DNA of 57,721 nucleotides, counting the filler, from Dugesia japonica (lineage: Eukaryota), in the NCBI GenBank assembly GCA_001938525.1. It is 6 parts of 6 records of this genome, joined end to end, with 100 filler letters (N's around TTAATTAATTAA, not from the genome) between each part and the next. Parts side by side here need not be neighbours in the genome. Positions count along the whole stretch, not along the records: positions 1 to 10,523 come from MQRL01627920.1; positions 10,624 to 21,027 come from MQRL01583621.1; 4 more parts are not named here. One strand, written 5' to 3'. Below the pieces are notes generated by a model. It was not told where the DNA came from. It ran no database searches and was given only the letters and a program-made list of their open reading frames with translations. Positions 1 through 11,639 of this stretch are shown here, one piece after another; position 1 is the stretch's first letter; every line of letters begins with the position of its first letter. The translations under genes and the position numbers were made by a program.

Positions 1-815
1 ACTTAATTTTTGGACAAGCTATCAAATAGTTGTGCTCGGATTTGCCTTAACTAAATCGTTCAATTTTTCATTATCTACGACCTTCTACATCTTCCATGAT
101 CTCATCCCCATCTCTAAAACTTTGGAGCCAACTCCTCATTGAGCGCTCGTTTATCGTCTCCTGGTCTTATGTGCGATTGATATTTTGACTTGTCTCTGCA
201 CGCATTTTGTTTTTTCCCATATTTGAAAACTTCAATTGAAATGACGGAACTTTTTATAATATTAAAACAAACACGAAATTAATACTGACTTTCATCAGTA
301 TCGATGCGAGGATTTTCGCTCTGACTACGCGCTCTATTATTTTCGACGTTTTGTTACTTCTTATCAACTTATCATAATCAAAGGTTTTCAGTCTGTTTAC
401 AACTGAGAAATTCATTTCAAAGAGTTTCTCTGTTTAACTATTATGACTTATGCAAGTAATGTAGTAATTAGATTGATGACATGGCGCATGCATGTGACAC
501 AGGCTTTGAAATCCTGCGTACGGCGGCCNNNNNNNNNNNNNNNNNNNNNNNNNNNNNNNNNNNNNNNNNNNNNNNNNNNNNNNNNNNNNNNNNNNNNNNN
601 NNNNNAATTTTATATGGTATTAATAAATAAATTTTATTCGAATGAATTAGGAAACTCGTTTTATGGAATAACTTAATATTAGCTTAAATAAATAGATAAA
701 TTATCATTTAAATAATAATTAAAATTATAATTTAATAAAGTTTAGTCATCTTTAAGGTATATAAGTTTTACATTTTTAAAGTCAAAACCGGACATTATTT
801 TTTTACCAACCTAAT
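1..815 (-). mobile_element. mariner (Hsmar1/cecropia-like) 5' part: TIR plus degenerate transposase N-terminus, truncated at window start
   Basis: Minus strand ~1-230 reads AETSQNINRT*DQETINERSMRSWLQSFRDGDEIMEDVEG..DNEKLNDLVKANPSTT (mariner HTH region); 784-815 reverse complement ATTAGGTTGGTAAAAAAATAATGTCCGGTTTT resembles a mariner TIR in the matching orientation. Confidence 0.75.
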
Positions 816-818
816 CTA

Positions 819-2294
819 TAGTTATGGCTAAATTAATCTGGTCAGTTTTATTTGCAAAATAATTGGCAAAGTCTATGTTCAAAACCACTTATATGACATT
901 TGCAATTTAATTTTAATGATGTTTCAAATCAGTAACTTTTATTTTAAATATTTATCAAAAACATTATTTTTTACTTTTTGTATAATATTTTATGTTAAAA
1001 TTAAACTGGACACTTATAGAAAAACTATTTAAAAAATTATCCAAATAAATTTATTTGATAGTATTTCCACGAACGAATAAAAATTTAGTTAATCGCTTAT
1101 AATAATTTTCGAACATAGTTTTAATATCTCTTTATGTACAGTTAATTGTTAAAACTACATTATGGACCTTTTTCATGGATTTTTGTATATTTTTCGGTTG
1201 TTCATCAGAATAAATTAAATCTAAAATCAATTTCCAAATGTTCTCAAATAAATTTAAATCATTTGAGTTCGTGGGCCACTCCAAAATGGAAATATTTTAT
1301 TTTGTCATTGAACTTTTAATAATGTTTTCAGTATAAATTCTGCTATTGTCTTGTACGAAAAAGGACTTTCCGTCACTATGAGTGGTAAGAGATGCCTACT
1401 AAGAATGTCTATATATTAGGGAGATTTATAAACCTTTGGAACTTGAGTAACAAATATGGGACCATTTGGTATTGCACAGCACCAAAAACAACTTTTCCAC
1501 CATTGCATTGTCAGCAAATTCTTTGAATATNNNNNNNNNNNNNNNNNNNNNNNNNNNNNNNNNNNNNNNNNNNNNNNNNNACTTATAATTATAACTTACA
1601 AATTATCCGGGCCACCTAGAGATAACATCTTTTCGTCACTGAAGACGACACCTCCAGTTTAGCCTATCTTTAAGCCACTTACAGCATAATAAAATTCTAA
1701 TAGTTTTTTGAGTTAATTGAGACTTATTCTTTGGCGTTACTTCTTGTACCGGTAATCATTTCTTAAAACTCAGTTATTTAAAGTCCTGTATTTTATTTTA
1801 ATAACTAAATTTCTAATTACTGGCTGGTAGCTTATCACTATTCCGTTTATACTGGATTTTGCTACATGCCTTTTAATTTGTAAACGTAGCTTTTACTTAT
1901 ATGCTTCTTTGGGCCCGTTTTCATTTTTATATTTTTGTATTTACGAGACAGTATTAATCCAACACTAGATTATTCATTTGGTTTGAAATTTTCTTATAGA
2001 ATAACCCGTTTCTGGTAATCTCTTTACTTCATTTTTCACAATATCTTAATACATTTCGAAAACACAATTAAATTTCAGAAATTCACCAAAATAATAAGTA
2101 ATATTAAGTGCCCAATANATTTTTTTCACAAAATTATTGTAAAATTTTAAAAACCAAACTTATAATTAATGTTTTAAATGAAAAATTATTTATTTTAAAG
2201 ACCATTAAAAATGAAGTATTATTATTATTTAAACAGTGAATTTTTTACAGGTGTTCTGGAATTAAAATTGTCCAGTTTAATTTTGCCATAACTA
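819..2294 (-). mobile_element. Tc1-family DNA transposon, degenerate, with paired TIRs and TA flanks
   Basis: Left TAGTTATGGCTAAATTAATCTGGTCAGTTTT vs right (revcomp) TAGTTATGGCAAAATTAAACTGGACAATTTT; TA at 817-818 and 2295-2296; minus-strand motifs VVFSDEK, FFVQDN, EWPTNSNDLNLFENIW. Confidence 0.9.
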
Positions 2295-2889
2295 TAGTTT
2301 TTATATCCTTTTAGATTTATAATTAGATTTCGGTATCTGAAACATTTTCAAATATTAATTGTATCATTCTATTAGAAATTGTTTAAGACAAAAATAACGA
2401 AAATTCGATACTCCTGTTTTTAATGCATGTTAGTATTTTAATCAGTGAAACTAGATTCATATTTTAATTTTTATTCAGTTTTTGTCTTATTAATTTTATA
2501 TATTAAACTTCGTTTTCTAATTTAATTCATTACCGGTATTTTAGTAAATATTTAAACAAACCAAGGGCTTGGAACATTTTCATTAACTTACCACATTACC
2601 TCGCATTTCAAATCAGCTTCATTTCTAGTCCCTTATTTCTATTAAACCTTGCTTATTTTTGTAGCAGCTACTTCAAGTTAATTTTTGTATTTTAATACTC
2701 TCTCAGAAAATATGGTATACATTTGAAAGAAAATCAGAGATTATCTAGAATTTCGGAAGAAATTAATTATATATTTACATCAATTACTTTTTAGTTAAAT
2801 TAGACGTTCAAAATTTTATTTTTTTAATAAAAATAAAATGTTTACCGCTGTGTTTTCAAAATGAAAAATTTAAATCAAAAAAATGTGGA

Positions 2890-3350
2890 TTTACGAAAAA
2901 GTAACGTCATGATGTATTGAAATAGCTATTTTAAATGAAGAAAAAATAAAATTAGAGCATGGTTCCATTATTAAAGTTGCAGCTAAAATTCATGTAAGTC
3001 ATAAGTAGAATCTGACATACAGTACAAGTTCAATACAGAGAAAGTAAAATTAGTGCCGACATTTCNNNNNNNNNNNNNNNNNNNNNNNNNNNNNNNNNNN
3101 NNNNNNNNNNNNNNNNNNATCATCGAGGAACGAATTGTAGTCTTGATTTAGCAATTAATATTCCAAAATCAACTTTTTTATATCTTTATTTTTAACGCGT
3201 ATCTTCTTTAGTTAAACTTACTTTAACAGGAAAAAAATTGAAAAGATTACAGTTTTGCTTCTTAAAGGTATATCATATCAATAATGGAAGTTTTGATTTA
3301 TTAGATAATGTTTATGTTAATGAGAAATAATTTTACTTTACTAAAGTTAA
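2890..3350 (+). pseudogene. plant-type mariner (DD39D-like) transposase fragment
   Basis: Pieces read KLEHGSIIKVAAKIHVS, AINIPKST, VSSLVKLTLTGKKLKRLQFC, DNVYVNEK*FYFTKV, in the order expected of Soymar/Osmar-type transposases (..KP.LT..NK..RL.FC..VHIDEKWFYLTK). Confidence 0.55.
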
Positions 3351-4852
3351 ACTTCCCTATTACATAATGATATAACTAAAATTAATAATAATTAATATAT
3401 GTAATTAGTTTACAGCAGAATGTATTTGTAAAGAAAAAGAAATTTTTTTCCGAAAAAGTTTATCATGTTTTCTGAAGCAGGGAGTAATTTAAAAGAAGAA
3501 CCTGAATATACTGTTAGTAAACTATTAGAAAATGAGTACATTCATAATCAATAAATGTAACATGGGTTGTACAGTTCTACAGTTATGACATAATTTTCCA
3601 CGTTTCCACGATGAATATATTTTAATGCTTCATTGGTCTACGTAAACACTATATTAATTGAGATGGTTGTTTTTCTGATTTGTATATATGCATATATTCA
3701 TTAATTTTCAAATGCAAGGAAGTTATTGTTGGTAAAACATAATTTCCGCTGACTTGTTACACTAAAGTAATAAATCGAGATCCAGGACTTGATCATGATT
3801 ACAAACTATTATATTAATTTAAATTTTTTTATCGTTGACATAGTTGGATTTATTTTTAGTTATCAAAATTAAATGATTTGTACTTTGTAAGATTAACAGT
3901 GTAATTATACAATTTAACTAGTTTCACACTCGATGGATTTACATTGTAACAATTTCAGTCTCAGTGTTTCTAATTTTTATTGTATTATTAGTCTTATTTA
4001 ATTGCATTTATGCTTATGTTATAAAATTGTTACTAACGATTTAATAAAATTCCTAGTTTGAATTTAATCGAAATTATTAGTCTCGCATTTGTATTTCTTA
4101 TCCTCATAGGTGAACAAACACACTGCACAAACAAGTACATTTTTATCATCTCTTCGGCGAGTTCCAGAAACTAATGAATCGGTTTCTGTGTCTCCCGATG
4201 GTCTACTACACGCACCTTTATTAATTCGCAGTCTTAGTTGGTCTAGGAGTAAATTGTCTGAATGATTGTGAATGGTGAGAATTTTTAAATGTATTACAAC
4301 TCATTCATGGGAGTTTGGTTTTTTATTTGGTGGTTTGGTATTTAATTTTGATATATATAACTTACTTGGAATTGGTTTATTTTTTATAAATTAATTTTTT
4401 TTCCATTAATACTTGACAATATGTTTATAATTTCAGATATCTGCCATTTCAACTGTGCCATTGTGTGTACTCACTTTGGCAATAATTGTATTTCTTCTTT
4501 CCTTCTTGGCTCGGCCTTGGATGTCAATTGATGATACTAGTCCTAGCCAATAAACTAAATCTACAGCTCCTCTATCGAGATTTAACTGTGCCTTGAAATA
4601 TACAGACACAGTGAAGATACGCGTCATATATTGTCATGTTGCAATTATTTTTGACTTGTATTGTTTCGTGTTTATAATGATATTATTACACATGTGTGTA
4701 TTTGGTTGCTCAATGACGCTTTAGTCACAGTGTATTCAGCGCCAGGGATTAAAATATGAAAAAGCGATAATTTGCGCTTTTCCTGTTTATTTGAGTATAT
4801 TTATACATAGATAGAGATGGAGATGCCTTGACAATATCAGATATATAATTTA

Positions 4853-5050
4853 TATATTATTATTNNNNNNNNNNNNNNNNNNNNNNNNNNNNNNNNNNNN
4901 NNNNNNNNNNNNNNNNNNNNNNNNNNNNNNNNNNNNNNNNNNNNNNNNNNNNATTATTATTATTGATTATTATTACTAATTATTATTATTGATTATTATT
5001 ATTATTTTATTATTAATTATTGATATTATTATTGATTATTATTATTATGT
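4853..5050. repeat. (ATT)n/(ATTG) microsatellite, partly N-masked
   Basis: Direct inspection: attattattattgattattatt runs flanking an N block. Confidence 0.85.
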
Positions 5051-6749
5051 TATCGCAATTCGTTTCGTTATTTCTTTGTCACAATTGATAGTAATAATAA
5101 TTTAAAGTATTCTATCAAATACATATATATATTCGATCCGTTTTGTACAAATTCTCGTTCTCTTTAATATTATCCGTGATATTTTTTCTATCTCGCGTTG
5201 ATTTCGTTTCGATTTTTAAAATCAATTATTAACAATGTGTAATAACTTTGTTACTTATAAGATTAATAATAATGGTCTGATGTGTTATGGTTTATTGCAT
5301 TCCTTGATTTTTGTACCACTCAAATATAAAATTAAATAATCGAATGCTTTTTTGGGTTTTTATTTCGATTGTCTATTTATATACGGTAGGCCTGTTGTGT
5401 GTGGGTTCCAAATTTGTCTAGTATATTTACACAATTTTTTAAAATTAAACCAAAAGTATTTGTGCGATTTATCTTTATGTTGGAAAGGTTCTTGAGTTAC
5501 TTAAAATTTTGTATGCTTCGTATTTTTCTTTATATTTTATGGAGTTTTCTAAAAANNNNNNNNNNNNNNNNNNNNNNNNNNNNNNNNNNNNNNNNNNNNN
5601 NNNNNNNNNNNNNNNNNNNNNNNNNNNNNNNNNNNNNNNNNNNNNNNNNNNNNNNNNNNNNNNNNNNNNNNNNNNNNNNNNNNNNNNNNNNNNNNNNNNN
5701 TTTTTTTTTAATTTAACTGTTCGTATTGTTTTTTCCATTGGTAGTTTGTATTGTTGCTTATAATTTTTTGGAATTCCTTTGGGTATTGGTTATTCTATCG
5801 TGAAAGTGAATAAGGACACACTAAAGGCCCACAGAAATTTATCAACTGTGTCAATTTAATAAATAATTTAACCTGGATAAATTCTAAAATAAGTTGATTG
5901 ATTACAAAACAAATGAAATATTTTGAAAAACCAAAGACATAAAAATTAAATTTTGACTGTAGAAAAAAGCCGATTATCCAAGTTATACAGGTTTAAGGAT
6001 CAACTGTTCGAAATATATACTGTTTAAAGTTTAATAAGTTTTTTATCTTATTTATAATAAAAATGTGTGTATGTGCTTGGTTTGTATTATTTTTTCTAAC
6101 CATTTTTCTGTAATATAATCACTTACTAAACATTAAGTATGTTTTTATGCATATAAATCTATTTTACTTATATTATAGGCAGTCAATGAGAATACAATAA
6201 TTTATTATAAGGTTATTATGTTTTCACTTATTAAACTTTAAATAGTTTATAATAAGAAAATTAAACCATGAAAATGAATTTGGTTATAATTCTTTGAATA
6301 ATACCGGATATGAAATTTCTAATGATTGTAATTACGAAAGTTGATGTTAGATCAATAGAAATTATTTAGTAAATTAAACCAATTCAATTGCAATCAATAA
6401 AACGTTGGATTTAAATAAACATTTTGTTCCATAATGACTGATTCAGTGTCATAGTTGTGATCAATGTGTACATGTAGTTGTTTCAGTTCTTATTCTTGAA
6501 TATGTAGCTGTTAGGTAGTTTGTTTATTTCTCTTTCTGTATGGGTCTCACCAAACATCCTTATGGTTTCTTTCTCTTTAAACATCTCTTGTACTTCCCAG
6601 TCAATCGAAAAGGTTCCATCACCATCTAATATTGGTTAAATATACTTATCTTTTTTTAACTTACTTGATGGATAAAAGTTTCTTTTATGTTGTAACATCT
6701 ATTGAAATGACAATGAATTATTCATCTGTTTAACCAAATGTTTTGCATT

Positions 6750-8567
6750 GAAGACTGAAAATTCTGATTTAGCCATAATCACAACTTTTTGGAGGCTTCT
6801 TGATAATAAATGGTGGGGTTGTCCTATCCACTGAAACACTTTCCAGTTTGTTTTTTCTCATGATTTGTAGTACCTTACCATCGATTTGTAATTTCATAAG
6901 GTCCTTCATATATTGTCTGAAGGGGTGCTATGTCTTCACTTTTGATCCAAACACCTCTGCCTTGTCTCTGAGCAGGAACACCTATGTTATAGCATGTGAC
7001 TTTAACCAATTATTTAGAAATTCTGTTGAGATCATTTTTTNCTGGTAGGGACATGAAGGAAGGACGATATCGCCTGGCAACTTCATTGTTTATCCGAAAA
7101 CTATTTATGATGCTGATGGTCCAATTTATTTGTTAACGATATTCCGCCATATTAGCTGAAATATTTACCACTGTAAATGATAAGGTGTAGTTTGCTTGTA
7201 CTTGATTCAAAATGTATTATAGAATGTGCTGAACTCTCCTGAAATTAATTGTTTTCCATTATCATTATCGTGATTGCAAGTGCTCCAAAATGCGTTATTC
7301 AGTCTTTTATCATCGCTTTAATTATGTTTGGCGGAGTTATTTTTCTCAGTAGAGCAATTCCAGTCTACGAACTTCCTCTTAAACCATGGTAAGCTGAAAT
7401 TTTTTATATTTGATTGTCGGTAGAGGTCGCACTGCATCTTAATGTACATATTTTAATTTTCCTTAACTTGGTAGTCTACCAATGTGTGCATTTGTGTACC
7501 TCAAGCTTTTATTTACTTGACATTTAAGACAGTATTTGCACCAATTGCGGATTTTGGCTCTTATTTTTGGTCAATCAAATCGATTTGATATCAATCTGAT
7601 AGTAACATTAGCATCTTGTTGACATTAATATTGCAGCCTTTTAAATTAATTATATCTTAATTTTTCTGAGAGTACGATTTTGAGATTTGTTAACTTGAAT
7701 TCCTTCATTGGTTCTGTGCGGTTTTAAAGCGCATTTTTGTTTTTTTAATAGATCTGTTAATAATACATGTTTGATTTTCTACATGATTCTTTCATTGTCA
7801 TTATTTGATTGCTTTGATAGAAAATCTGGAACTCTTTCTTCCTAACCATTAATGTACTGCAATAGCATATCTTGTTGACTAAGAAATTCAGTTAATCTGC
7901 ATTGTCTTACTAATGGGTGTTTAATTTCAGTTGAGCTGAGCAAAGGTTTATGAAATATGCATGCGATGAACTTTGTGCTGAATAAATAATGCCGAAAGGG
8001 TTTGATTGAAAGTACTAATGCCAATAGTTCTCTATCAAAGGCAAAATATTTGCATTCAGCTGATTTTAATTTTCTAGAATAGAAAATGACGGGATTCAGC
8101 TTATCGTCTTCATTCTCTTGGTTTAAACTTCCTTCAATAGTCGACTCTGGCGTATCAGTCAATGATTATTAGTGCATAATATTCATTGTAAATCAGGAGT
8201 TGCCTTCACTATCACTTATGTCAAATTTTTTATTGCTTGTTGAACGGCTTTGTCATGTGGTGATGGCCATTTAAACAATTTCTTCTTATCATATTGTGTT
8301 GTAAGTTAATGAAGTGAAGCAAGAGTCTCTGACAATCGTGGAATCATCTCTTGATAGAATGTCATAGTGTCGAAGAATTCCCGTACGTTTTTTGCATATC
8401 TTTGTTTTGGTAACTTTCTAATAGCTTGTATTCATTCACTGATAGGTTTGATACCTTTCGTGGAAATTGAGAATCCTAAGAATTCCACTATATTTTTATT
8501 GAGTTGATATTTGTCTGAGTTGAGGATCAATCTATGTTTTTCAAGCTCAGACATGAATTTCGTGTTC
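6750..8567 (-). mobile_element. Gypsy LTR retrotransposon pol remnant (RT C-terminus, RNase H, integrase)
   Basis: ORF 7842-8162 TD.PE..FYSRKLKSAECKYFAFDRELLA (RNase H); upstream INSDKYQL/EFLGF; downstream integrase pieces and ESVSVDR; clearly similar at nucleotide level to the 11640-15110 element. Confidence 0.92.
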
Positions 8568-8699
8568 NNNNNNNNNNNNNNNNNNNTATTAATTAATAAT
8601 TTTAGCCAAAAGAAAGCGATTTAATTGTATATTATTATTCTAATGGTTCTATTATCATATGATAATATAAGTGAGATAGTTGTGTGAATGGAAATAAAT

Positions 8700-10523
8700 T
8701 ATGTCTAAAAATATTTGTGATTTTGAAAATAAATTATCAATTCAAGAATTACCTAAGCTTGTAGCACCGGTAGATACCAATTCTACTGCAAATAGTCTAT
8801 TGCCAAATGTGTTCTGCAGAGCAGATGACATTGAAAAATTTATTAAGCTGTGCGAATTATATTTTGTAGCTAAAAACATCACCAAGATGAAACAACAGGA
8901 GAGATAACTCTCTTTTTTGTTAGATGAAGATTTTTTGGAAAAATATGAAGACGTGGAAAAAATTTGAAAGTTTTCAGGCTCGTTTACATATGGCATTTGA
9001 GAAAGAGATAGATGTTATCAAAGACATTCAAAATTTGATTAACTACAGGCGTATAAATGAAGAGATTTCATAAATAAGATAAGGCTTCGATCAAAACAAA
9101 ACAAAATTTATTTGTAAAAAAAAGTTCAAATTTTNNNNNNNNNNNNNNNNNNNNNNNNNNNNNNNNNNNNNNNNNNNNNNNNNNNNNNNNNNNNNNNNNN
9201 NNNNNNNNNNNNNNNNNNNNNNNNNNNNNNNNNNNNNNNNNNNNNNNNNNNNNNNNNNNNNNNNNNNNNNNNNNNNNNNNNNNNNNNNNNNNNNNNNNNN
9301 NNNNNNNNNNNNNNNNNNNATAAATGAAGAGATTCATGTTTATTTTAAAAATGTAAAAGATTTAGTAAAAGGATTATTTACAAATCAAGATTTTAAAAAA
9401 GAAAAAATGGTTTCAAAGATTCTAATATACTAATCAAATAACAAAAATGTTGAAGAAGAAGTGATTTTGCAGAAACGACAGAATATAGAAGAAATTGAAG
9501 AAAAATTGAAGTTAGTGGATCGAGTAGTGCAAACCAGAGATCAAGTTTATGCAGTTAGAAGTTACGCGAGAGTTACAAGTCGAAATTATCAGAAACCTGT
9601 AAATCATACAGTGAATAGACATGTAGACATCAAAAAAAAAGAAAAACGAAATATTGAATGTTGGTTATGTCATAGGATCGGTCAAACTAAAGCAAATTCT
9701 CCAACCAAAAAAGTGGTAGAGTGTTGGACTTGTCATAAAACAGGATATATAAGTCGAGATTGTTCAAATAAAAAAGCAGCAAAATGTTTTGGTTGGGGAA
9801 AAGTTGGTCATAATAAAAGATTATGTCAAGAACTGAGATGTAAACAATATGTTAATGGTGGACATAGAGCAGATGAGTGCTACAAAAATTTGAAAATGAA
9901 AAGAACAAGTGAGAAATTTATGACTGCAAAAAGTTCAAGAAACCGATATAATCGAGTACATTAGATTAAAAATGAATATATCAATACAAACGATGGATAT
10001 GATAAAGTATATGAAAGTGATTCTGAAAGGCAGTACCCAAAAGGCAGGGCTCCACCAGTAGAGGAGTTAGTTGGAGCCATCCATTGTTAAATGAAGTGAG
10101 TGATTATCCTTAAGGAGTCGAAAAATGGGATGATATCGGAAAAGTTACAGAAAAAGTATACAGCTTGTTAAATAGGGAAAATTTCTTGGATGATAGAAAA
10201 GTAAAATGGCTTGAAACAGTTGAAACAAAACGAAGAACAAATATTTCGTACCATAAATTACAAGGCAGACCAAGTGTTATAATATCAATTCAAGGAAAAT
10301 AAAGTCGAATGATTATTAGATACAAGTACTGGAGTGATAGTTAATGACGTTTGCAATGAGGTTACTTTCTTAGTTACTGAAACAGGGACACTAAATCTGA
10401 TAGGAATAATAAATATGCAGAAGACATTTGGATATCAGCTTATGCAAAATGTTGAAAGCAAAGCGGATGAAAACGTCGAAAATTACATTTGTAATATGGA
10501 AGCAAAACTTGGGAGACAAATTA
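8700..10523 (+). mobile_element. Gypsy-like gag with four degenerate CCHC knuckles, plus start of protease; disrupted
   Basis: ORF 9461-9964: CWLCHRIGQ, CWTCHKTGYISRDC, CFGWGKVGHNKRLC, CKQYVNGGHRADEC; LLDTSTGV protease-like motif near 10315. Confidence 0.8.
9068..9319 (-). mobile_element. short insertion into gag with 15-bp target-site duplication, likely Penelope pLTR-derived
   Basis: ATAAATGAAGAGATT at 9053-9067 and 9320-9334; the insert contains revcomp TTTTGATCGAAG, which also lies downstream of the hammerhead at ~45457. Confidence 0.6.
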
Positions 10524-10623
10524 NNNNNNNNNNNNNNNNNNNNNNNNNNNNNNNNNNNNNNNNNNNNTTAATTAATTAANNNNNNNNNNNNNNNNNNNNN
10601 NNNNNNNNNNNNNNNNNNNNNNN
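10524..10623. other. artificial contig linker (44N-TTAATTAATTAA-44N)
   Basis: Exactly 100 nt with a six-frame-stop palindrome; identical to four other linkers. Confidence 0.97.
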
Positions 10624-11639
10624 GGTAAAGTTAATTTTTATGAAATTAAAATTTTAAAATGAAAGTTTTAAGATTGAAAATTGTAAAAAGAAAACATAGT
10701 ATGTTTATTCAACATCAATTCTCGATTGAATTCAATCTGTATAGTAAAACAGGAGCATTATTCTAAATAAAATGAAAATCATCATTTTTTCTTTTTTAAA
10801 ATATAAGCCCAAGTATTTGTCATAAAGTCTTTTGTTTTTCTATTTTTGTCGACAAAAATAGACTTGATAACTACTGATCTATAATGTAAAAGCGGTATAA
10901 AGTATTTGCATAAATCTTATTCAATTTATTTACCTTAACATATTCAGAAAAACAGTTTATGTTGTTTAATTGTATGTTGAATATCCTAGGTAAATCGGTC
11001 TTTTCAGATATATTAATGAAGAATTAAACCAGTAACATTTCCATGTTTTAAAAATATTTTCGTAGTTTCCGGTTCGTCATCTTCGTCACTGACATCTTGG
11101 TATTGGTTTTAATGGGTTTTGATTGGTTTTATTTCAAAAATAAAATCGAATTACATTTTTCTGTAATTTATGTATTTTACCTTTTACTTCATTGGNNNNN
11201 NNNNNNNNNNNNNNNNNNNNNNNNNNNNNNNNNNNNNNNNNNNNNNNNNNNNNNNNNNNNNNNNNNNNNNNNNNNNNNNNNNNNNNNNNNAAAGTCCTGG
11301 TAGATCATCATAATATATTATTTCTGGACTCTTTTATCCTCAAGTTTCTTTACAATTAAGAATTGGCAGAAATTTTTAATTAAATTATTTTTAATTTAAA
11401 TACATTTCTCAATTCGTCATCTGGTAATTGTCTTTTGAGAATAATTTCTTTGAAGTTTGGTAAATTGTGATTGGAAGCCGAACGAGTAATTTTATATTCA
11501 AATTCATTAATTTTCTTGATGTTTTAAAGTGTTTTTTTTTTAGTCGCCATATTTAATTTTTATTGGTTAATTTGTACTTTGGGTGTTTCCAAACAGATTT
11601 TAATTAAATGCTGTCTATATTTCGACCCGATACTACTAT

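Noticed and set aside
5980-6030. Additional hammerhead (..GTTCGAAATATATACTGT); also CTGATGA hits near 295 and 1200
   Set aside because: The CUGANGA core or pairing stems are missing, and the latter hits lie within transposon sequence.
10568-10579. Recurrent TTAATTAATTAA palindrome as a biological motif
   Set aside because: Always centred in exactly 44+44 Ns; it is an assembly linker.
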